In this document: positions 29,117 to 36,125 of the stretch, piece after piece | How the letters are laid out: each line of letters starts with the position of its first letter | Position numbering within the stretch: position 1 is the stretch's first letter | From: Candidatus Poribacteria bacterium | GTDB lineage: Bacteria; Poribacteria; WGA-4E; PCPOR2b | Direction: 5' to 3' | Assembly: GCA_965208675.1 (NCBI GenBank) | Contig: OZ242351.1 | Coordinates: 1,120,001-1,184,000, forward strand | Length of the DNA stretch: 64,000 bases | Position numbers and translations under genes: made by a program | The notes under the pieces: model-generated | Told to the model about the DNA's origin: nothing | The model's database searches: none | Seen by the model: the letters and a program-made list of their open reading frames with translations, nothing else

Positions 29117-30310
29117 TCAGAGCCATCCAGAGAGTATGAGATGTCTCAATTCCAGTAGTAAGCGTGGTTGGTGCATCAATACCGTCTTAAAAATCTGCGT
29201 CATGTTGACCTTGTCAGGCGGCATCTTTGACACCACCTCTGCACACTTGTCAAAAAGGTCATCACTGAATTTGAGCACACCATCTCGTATTCGGCAGACG
29301 TGCTTGAAATTACTGCCAATTTCCTTATCCCACCGGTTTTGATATTCGCTCAAAATCTTTGCGGACACATCTCCAATCTGGATTGCATTGACCGCAGCCT
29401 CGGCGGCAAATTGTCCCGAATACATTGCGTTTGCGATTCCACCGCCAGAAATAGGATCGCTATGGTGCGCCGCATCGCCAATCAGAGCGATTCCGTCTCC
29501 GACAATCTTGGGCAGGCTATTGCCTACCGGCACACATCCGACGACCTGCGCAAGAATTTTTCCGTGTGGAAATTTTCGTTTGACGAATTCATTTAGATAG
29601 TCGATGGCGAGCTTCCCGCCCTTGCCTGAGATTGTCCCGCCAATTCCGATGCCGACATTCGCAATGTCATCTCCCTTGGGGAAAACCCAGGCATAGCCTC
29701 GCGGCGCAAGCTCCCGCCCAAGGTAAAAATCGCAGAAATCGGGGATAATGTCGATCTTAGAAATTAAGTATTGGGCGCAAATGTCCACGTCCCGTAAATC
29801 GTGTGTGCTATCTATGCCCGCCCATCGAGCTACCTGCGATTCAATTCCGTCGGCGGCGATCACGACCTTCGCCTTGCATGAGTAGTCACGTCCGAAATAA
29901 CGGAATTCCACCCCGTTGACGAAACCGTCATCTGACTTGGAAACGGTAGTCACCCTGGCTTTAACAATTATGTCGGCACCCGCGTCCGCCGCCATTTCCG
30001 CCAAGACACGATCGAAGACCTTGCGCTCTAAAACATAACCGGCGCCCGGAAAATGGATTGTGGCGGGGGTTTCGTTTGGAGAAAAGATTCGAGCACCGTT
30101 AATCTCGCGCGAAACCCACGCCGGATCGGGCTGCACAAACTCGCACAGCGACGCTGTGCCAATCCCCTCCGCTCAACGCACGGGCGCCCCGATTTCCTGA
30201 CGTTTTTCCAACAATAAGACACGCAATCCATTATCTGCGGCAACCTTTGCTGCTATTGCGCCTCCAGGACCGGCACCGACAACAATGACATCATAGTCCG
30301 AGTGAAACAT
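29117..30310 (-). CDS. Archaeal-type digeranylgeranylglycerophospholipid (geranylgeranyl) reductase, 397 aa, with an in-frame TGA at codon 46 (candidate selenocysteine)
   Basis: ORF-track pieces 30173-30418 and 29117-30136 are in the same frame, joined by TGA at 30173-30175: [17 protein letters not shown]...[16 protein letters not shown]...; [12 protein letters not shown] and DPISGGGI are intact; ATG overlaps the ferredoxin stop (TGATG). Confidence 0.88.
30137..30165 (-). promoter_or_regulatory. Candidate bacterial SECIS hairpin
   Basis: mRNA UGA-GCGGAGG-GGAUU-G-GCACAGC-[GUC]-GCUGUGC-G-AGUUU: 7-bp apical stem, G-first loop 20 nt after UGA, weak lower stem. Confidence 0.65.
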
Positions 30311-30528
30311 CAAAAAAGTCCCCGTCCTTCGTATGCCGGGTAATACACCTTGCCGTTTCGTTCTAATGCAAGCACGCCTACCGGGCAACCTTTGATGCAC
30401 CGCGCACAGTCGGTACACTTTGGCTGGTCAATTTTCAGGTAAATATCAACGAGATCAATGATGTTCTCAGGACAGACGGCAACACAAGCCCCGCAATAAC
30501 TACAAAGTTCTTCGTCTATAAGAATCAT
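30310..30528 (-). CDS. 2x[4Fe-4S] ferredoxin
   Basis: [12 protein letters not shown] and [12 protein letters not shown]; stop overlaps the reductase start. Confidence 0.92.
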   Translation of the reverse strand: MILIDEELCSYCGACVAVCPENIIDLVDIYLKIDQPKCTDCARCIKGCPVGVLALERNGKVYYPAYEGRGLF

Positions 30529-30639
30529 CGCATGCCTTTCCCGCTTGAGAACGTAATTTCTTCAGCGTGAGTTTCCTAATATTTGGATTCATTTAACGTT
30601 TAATGGTCAACTACTTTTCTTATGCATTTGCTATCGAAG

Positions 30640-31461
30640 TTAATTTATCGCTTGAAGCTGCTGACGGCGGGCGTGTTCATACAGTATTATTCCAGCGGCG
30701 ACCGCAACGTTCAAAGAGGATTGGCCGGGCGCCATAGGAATCTTGACAAGGTTGGTGCAGCGCTGGAGAATTTCTCTCCTGATTCCTTCGTTTTCATTTC
30801 CCACCACAATCGCCACGGGCGTAGTAAGTTCCAGATCATACAGGCTTTTGTTTGCCTTAGCGGTGGCACCGAGAATCTCAAATCCCGCCGAAATCAACTC
30901 GCGGAAATAATCTTCCGGCGACTCGCAAAATGCCAGTGAAATGCGCCCAACAGCCCCTCTCGCCGCTCGAACACAGTTCTTATGGTAGGGGTTTGCACCT
31001 TCTCCGATGAATACGACGCATTCAACTGCCGCCGCTTCAGCCGTGCGCAGCACCATGCCAAGGTTATCCGGATTGGTGATGCTATCAGCGATTAGCAGCA
31101 TACTCTCCGCGGACAAGTGAAAATTTGAAACGTTCCGGTAATTCATCCAAACCGATGCAACCACGGCTGGAACCGGTCTCGTGCTAGTAATGGTCCCCAT
31201 TATTCCGGAGCTAAGCATAAATGGTGCGAAATTTGCTGCAACGGCATTTTTCAGTAATGCAACCCCTAGGTCATTCGCCAACAGGTCGGGAGTGTAGAGG
31301 ATTTTGTCAACCGGTAACTTGTCATGAACTGCACGATTAACGAGTGTAACGCCTTCAACCACAAATCTCGACGCCTTCAACCTCCCGTTTAGAGAGGTGA
31401 GTTTGCGAAAGTCAGTGATGATAGGATGCTTCTTATTGTGTATAACCGCTCGGTTCGCCAC
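30640..31461 (-). CDS. TrmH/SpoU-family RNA 2'-O-methyltransferase
   Basis: FVVEG, NPDNLGMVLRTA, VVGNENEGI, IPM...SLNVAVAAGIILYE. Confidence 0.92.
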   Translation of the reverse strand: MANRAVIHNKKHPIITDFRKLTSLNGRLKASRFVVEGVTLVNRAVHDKLPVDKILYTPDLLANDLGVALLKNAVAANFAPFMLSSGIMGTITSTRPVPAVVASVWMNYRNVSNFHLSAESMLLIADSITNPDNLGMVLRTAEAAAVECVVFIGEGANPYHKNCVRAARGAVGRISLAFCESPEDYFRELISAGFEILGATAKANKSLYDLELTTPVAIVVGNENEGIRREILQRCTNLVKIPMAPGQSSLNVAVAAGIILYEHARRQQLQAIN

Positions 31462-31467
31462 TTATGT

Positions 31468-32331
31468 CTATGGGGAAGATCCAAGGTAGATTGCCCCCAA
31501 TCCAATGAAAATGTCCCACTTCATCCATTTTTGAATCTTTGCGCTGTTGGCTTTAGAATCATTCCGCCAAAGCCGAAAGCCTAAATAGATTAAAACCAAA
31601 TCCACACCCACGATAACGGTTAAAAGATAATGCCACGAGTACCAATTCAGTAAATAAGGAATAGGACTGAACAGTATGACCGCGGTGATGAAGATGAGTG
31701 CAACCAGCACGGCAACTCGTTTTCCCCAAACAACCGGGATTGTACCTGCATCGTTCCGAACATCACCCTCCATATCCTCAATGTCTTTAATTATCTCTCT
31801 TGCGGTGGTAAACAGGAACGCAAATACCGCTGGAACGAACGTACCGTATACAGTCAGCACCGAGGTTCCTCCTACAATGAAAGTTAAACCTGTCAGTACC
31901 CCGACTAGGAGGTTACCGAATAATGGTGTCTGTTTCAAGCCGAACGCGTAAAAGCATAGACAACCGGACACGATGACGGTGATTACCGCTGTGGGCACGT
32001 TTACTGCAAATCCAAGCAATATTCCCAGTCCCATCAATATTATAGAAAACACCATGGCGCCCTGTCGGGAAATCCTTGCGGACGGAATCGGACGTCCGGG
32101 TTTGTTAATCCGATCTATCTCGTAGTCACAATAATCGTTGAGCGCATTTCCCGCCGATAGGAGGAGAAACGCCGAAATCGCTGCCAAAAACACATCGATA
32201 TTAGTAACAACGACCCATTCCCCCATTCCGACTGCAAACTTGGCTCCGAAATAGACGGAGCAAAAAGCGATCAATCCGTTTATTGGACGTGAAAGTTCAA
32301 GATAAGCTGAAGTCATACGGGTAACCGCCAA
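31468..32331 (-). CDS. Digeranylgeranylglyceryl phosphate (DGGGP) synthase-like UbiA prenyltransferase
   Basis: L-x-RP-x-N start, AGNALNDYCDYEIDRINKPGRPIPS, AREIIKDIEDMEGD...TIP motifs typical of the DGGGPS subfamily; multiple TM helices. Confidence 0.85.
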   Translation of the reverse strand: MAVTRMTSAYLELSRPINGLIAFCSVYFGAKFAVGMGEWVVVTNIDVFLAAISAFLLLSAGNALNDYCDYEIDRINKPGRPIPSARISRQGAMVFSIILMGLGILLGFAVNVPTAVITVIVSGCLCFYAFGLKQTPLFGNLLVGVLTGLTFIVGGTSVLTVYGTFVPAVFAFLFTTAREIIKDIEDMEGDVRNDAGTIPVVWGKRVAVLVALIFITAVILFSPIPYLLNWYSWHYLLTVIVGVDLVLIYLGFRLWRNDSKANSAKIQKWMKWDIFIGLGAIYLGSSP

Positions 32332-32344
32332 ATGCGTAGGGTTG

Positions 32345-33412
32345 TTACGCGTCGCGCCCTGGATATGTGATGCCGAATCTTGCGGAATAATACCAGCGTA
32401 TGAGAATTAGACTTCCTGCGAGTAAAATAAGATAAAATGGGACTAAAACACAAGCGATTAGTGAAAGAATGAGTATACCAGCCCGTGCCGCGAAGATAAT
32501 TACCCTTCGTTCTCTCCTGAAGTTCATATATATGAAAGGCGGTAAACAGAGTAATGCGGTAAACAATGGTATCATATCTCTGACCCGCCATGCGGCCAAA
32601 ATTGCGCCTACCAATAGCAACAAGCTCAACAAGCAGGATAGCTTGGCGCCTAATATTACGCCGGTGGTACGATCTCCGAATTCACTGTCGCCGTTCAAAT
32701 CTGGGAGCGTTGTGTTGACAAAGGCTGCCCCCACACACAAGGCATAAGGGATTATCCGCCGCAAGGCTTCGCTGTTAATCGGCGCTGCTATCGCCCAGCC
32801 GATTAAAAATGCGATGCCGCCATAGCCGACAGCGTTCGCTAAAAGGTCGAGGAAGGGTCGCCCTTTTAATCGAACTGGACGAACGGAATAAATCACGCCA
32901 AGTAAGATTGAAAGCCCAATTAGGACGAGATAACTCAGGTTGTTTCTAAACCATAAGCCTGCCCAGACCACGGCAGAAACCAGTAACATGCCGGCTTCCA
33001 ATACAAGCAGCCGTAATTTCACATGTCCCTGAGCAACGAGAAAGAGTTTGTTGTTTGCGGCGTCTGTTTCTTTGTCGCAGATTTGATTGATGATGTAAAT
33101 TGCCCCCATCAGCATAGAGTACAAACAGAGGGTACCCATCAACTCATGATTGGGACGAACCAATATATTAAATTTCGGTAGAAATGAGAGCTGTACTGCC
33201 CTCAATCCTTCGTATGTAGGATTTTCAGTCAATGCGCCATAATGGCCAAGCAACACAAGCGTCCAAACCGGCAACAGTAGTGTTGGACGAAGGACAATCA
33301 GATAATCCAAAAGATGCAACGCTTTTTGTGTCGCGGATTGCAGCTTGTTTTGAGTGAGTGAATTTCCCATTACAAATCCGACCGCGCCCGAGATGCCGCG
33401 TCTACAATACAT
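32345..33412 (-). CDS. Second UbiA-family prenyltransferase, substrate unknown
   Basis: YIINQICDKETDAANNK, YS..P.RLKGRP..D, TLPDLNGDSEFGDRT; multiple TM helices; start uncertain. Confidence 0.85.
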   Translation of the reverse strand: MYCRRGISGAVGFVMGNSLTQNKLQSATQKALHLLDYLIVLRPTLLLPVWTLVLLGHYGALTENPTYEGLRAVQLSFLPKFNILVRPNHELMGTLCLYSMLMGAIYIINQICDKETDAANNKLFLVAQGHVKLRLLVLEAGMLLVSAVVWAGLWFRNNLSYLVLIGLSILLGVIYSVRPVRLKGRPFLDLLANAVGYGGIAFLIGWAIAAPINSEALRRIIPYALCVGAAFVNTTLPDLNGDSEFGDRTTGVILGAKLSCLLSLLLLVGAILAAWRVRDMIPLFTALLCLPPFIYMNFRRERRVIIFAARAGILILSLIACVLVPFYLILLAGSLILIRWYYSARFGITYPGRDA

Positions 33413-33434
33413 GGGAATTCTTGCGTATGACGCA

Positions 33435-34271
33435 TTATGCGAAACGTAACATGTTTAAGTATGCGAATCGATTGATGAGTCTGTTTTTGAAGCACTCAAT
33501 TTGAAAACGATGTCTTCCCAATAAACCGAGTTTTCCCTGGAAGGAACGAAAAGTATCACATCGATAGATTCCCATCCGCGGGAAACGGTACATCGCGTCA
33601 CGGGATAATTCCCGGACTGGATCCAAGCAAAACGCGATACGATATCCCGCAGATTTCACCAAATTTGAGGTCTCGGCATCCACACTCCCATACGGATATG
33701 CGAAACTCCGAACAGGGTGGTCTATAATATGCTCGAGCCGAGATTTAGATTCCTCAAGTTCTGCCTTTGCCTCGATTCGGCTGCAATGCGTTAAGAAGCG
33801 GTGATGCAATCCGTGGGACCCAAACCCAATGCCATTTTGGAAGAGTGTTTTGATTTGGCTTTCGCTCAGATGTTTAGGGCGCTTTAAACTGCGCTGCACA
33901 TCCCACTCATTCAACCGTCCAATGTACGCCGCAAGCATAAACACGGTTGCCGTTAAGCCGTATTTTTTCAAGATCGGGTAGGCGTAATTATAGAAGTTTT
34001 CATAGCCGTCATCGAACGTAATCAGGATTGGATTGGATGGCAAAGCGGAATGAGATGAAATGAATTGAATTAAGCTATCCGGAGTGATAGCGGTATACCC
34101 CTGCGCCGCAATAAATCGCATCTGGGACTCAAAAGTTTGCGGAGAAATAGAGTTTACCCCAAGTTCAAATTCAACATCCACTTGATGATAAGCCAGTACA
34201 GGAATACACCATTTCATTGAGAGAGGAGATAGGTGTTTTGAAACTTCTCTACGACTCAGTCGATTCCTCAT
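33435..34271 (-). CDS. Polysaccharide deacetylase (CE4/NodB, IcaB-like)
   Basis: PVLAYHQV, LITFDDGY, GSHGLHH, FAYPYG; start overlaps the lpxD end. Confidence 0.88.
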   Translation of the reverse strand: MRNRLSRREVSKHLSPLSMKWCIPVLAYHQVDVEFELGVNSISPQTFESQMRFIAAQGYTAITPDSLIQFISSHSALPSNPILITFDDGYENFYNYAYPILKKYGLTATVFMLAAYIGRLNEWDVQRSLKRPKHLSESQIKTLFQNGIGFGSHGLHHRFLTHCSRIEAKAELEESKSRLEHIIDHPVRSFAYPYGSVDAETSNLVKSAGYRIAFCLDPVRELSRDAMYRFPRMGIYRCDTFRSFQGKLGLLGRHRFQIECFKNRLINRFAYLNMLRFA

Positions 34272-35325
34272 TAATTCGGCGGCACTTGTCTTCTAGCTCA
34301 AGCACTCGCTGCTGAAGCCGGGAGAACTCTTGCAACATAGTTGGAAGCTTGCGCAGGGAAGCCTGGATACGTAATTGCTGCGCGTGCGGCCGCGCCGGGA
34401 ATCCGGACACATAACTTCCCGCCGGCGTATCCTTTGTGACCGCGGATTTTGCGAAGATAATGTTCCCTTCGCTTATTGTGAGATGTCCTGCAACCCCTGA
34501 TTGCCCCGCCATCGTGACCCTGTCTTTGAGTTCGCTGCTGCCTGCGATTCCGGACTGTGCAGCGATACAACAATCTTCACCAATAGTGACATTGTGGGCG
34601 ACCTGCACCAGATTGTCGATTTTGGTGCCGCGTTTGATTATTGTCGCCCCATTCGTCATCGTAGCGCGGTCAATTGTCGAATTGGCGCCAATTTCCACAT
34701 CATCTTGAATGATTACCGTGCCAACCTGCGGAATCTTATAGTATCGGTCGCTGACGGCCGCAAAACCAAACCCATCGCTGCCAATTACCGCTCGACTGTG
34801 AATAATGACACGATTCCCAACCTTGACCGCATTGTAAATGGTGACACCGGGATAGAAGAGCACATCACTCCCAATCTCGACGTCATCTCCGATATATACA
34901 AATGGGTTGATAACCGCGCCATTCCCAATTTTGACGTTATCTCCGATGACGGCAAATGCTTGGATGGAAACCTGCTCCGCAATCTGGGCGTTTTTGCCGA
35001 TGATTGCAGTTTCATGGATGCCGTACTCGATTTTCCGTTTTGGCCATGCAAACATCTCCATCACTTTGACGAAAGCAAAATACGGATTATCCGTACGAAT
35101 CGTCGGCTTGCCATTTTCTCCATTCATCGGACAAAAGTCCTTGCCGATGATGACTGCGGAAGCTTGGGTGTGCTCCATTTCCCCGCGGTACTTTGCGTTT
35201 GCCACAAAGGTAATTTCGTGCTCTTGCGCCTCCTTAATACCCGACACGCCCCGAATTTCAATCTCGCCGTCGCCGCATAACTCTCCGCCAATTAACTCAC
35301 TTACTTCCTTCAACTTCTTTATCAT
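34249..35325 (-). CDS. lpxD: UDP-3-O-acylglucosamine N-acyltransferase LpxD
   Basis: Hexapeptide repeats, IGSDGFGF, KIPQVG, IGANSTIDR, TKIDNLVQVAHN. Confidence 0.96.
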   Translation of the reverse strand: MIKKLKEVSELIGGELCGDGEIEIRGVSGIKEAQEHEITFVANAKYRGEMEHTQASAVIIGKDFCPMNGENGKPTIRTDNPYFAFVKVMEMFAWPKRKIEYGIHETAIIGKNAQIAEQVSIQAFAVIGDNVKIGNGAVINPFVYIGDDVEIGSDVLFYPGVTIYNAVKVGNRVIIHSRAVIGSDGFGFAAVSDRYYKIPQVGTVIIQDDVEIGANSTIDRATMTNGATIIKRGTKIDNLVQVAHNVTIGEDCCIAAQSGIAGSSELKDRVTMAGQSGVAGHLTISEGNIIFAKSAVTKDTPAGSYVSGFPARPHAQQLRIQASLRKLPTMLQEFSRLQQRVLELEDKCRRINEESTES

Positions 35326-35473
35326 CGTTCTTCGAGTTGACGATTGCTGCGCATCAACCGTGCCCCATTAAGCTGCTCTTTTTTTTCACTCCCGGCCGTC
35401 TGCAAGCGGACAATCCGCCAACTGCTTGCTCTACTGTACATTGATAACCGTAAATGTGCGAATGTGCGAGCAG

Positions 35474-36067
35474 CTACTCTTCTTTAGCGTCATCAGTAAC
35501 TGCAGCGGGTTTATCATCCTCAGCCGCGGCTTCTTGTTCGTACGCCGTATTCAATATCGCAATTATGTTTTCCGTTAGATCGTGCTTCGGGTCAACATAC
35601 AGCGTCACTAGCCGTTTTTCCAGAATTAGACTATAATTTTCGTTCGTACCGATCTGTTGAATTAACGCTTGAATTTCGTTCAAAATGGGCTGGAACAGTT
35701 CCGTCTGTTTTTCCTGTAGCGCGCCTTGGCCGACCTCCAGCTCACGCTGAAACTCCTGCTTTTTCCGCAGAATGTCACCCTCAAAAGTCTGTGTGGCCGA
35801 TTCATCAAGGAAAAGTTTTTGCTTGGTCAGACTGTCTTCCATGTCTACGATTTCTTCCCTAAGTGCTTCCAATTTATCGCTAAGCCGCTGTTCCGCAGTT
35901 TTCAGAACATTTATCGCTTGCTCAGCTTTTTTGTAACTTTCAAACACACCTTGGGTGTCAACAACGCCGATTTTGAAATTGCTTTGCGCCAATGCACAAA
36001 AGTGGAGTAGAAACAACCCCGATGAAACGATGCTCAAAGGTAAATATAATTTCCGATTTCGAATCAT
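35474..36067 (-). CDS. skp: Periplasmic chaperone Skp/OmpH
   Basis: Signal peptide, KIGVVD, coiled coil, YVDPKHDLTENII; lies between bamA and lpxD; start set to ATG 36067. Confidence 0.88.
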   Translation of the reverse strand: MIRNRKLYLPLSIVSSGLFLLHFCALAQSNFKIGVVDTQGVFESYKKAEQAINVLKTAEQRLSDKLEALREEIVDMEDSLTKQKLFLDESATQTFEGDILRKKQEFQRELEVGQGALQEKQTELFQPILNEIQALIQQIGTNENYSLILEKRLVTLYVDPKHDLTENIIAILNTAYEQEAAAEDDKPAAVTDDAKEE

Positions 36068-36125
36068 GCTTTTTTCCTTGTAAGAGTATGCGCACCTTCT
36101 GGTAGTTGCAGTTCCCTGAAGGCAA

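Noticed and set aside
30173-30175. UGA as Trp or Gly (genetic code 4/25)
   Set aside because: prfB is present with its UGA-dependent frameshift, many genes end in TGA, and the aligned residue is Cys.
29117-30418. Reductase as a frameshifted pseudogene or two separate genes
   Set aside because: Both parts are in the same frame and the only lesion is a TGA at the conserved Cys, followed by a hairpin. A plain nonsense mutation or sequencing error remains possible but explains less.
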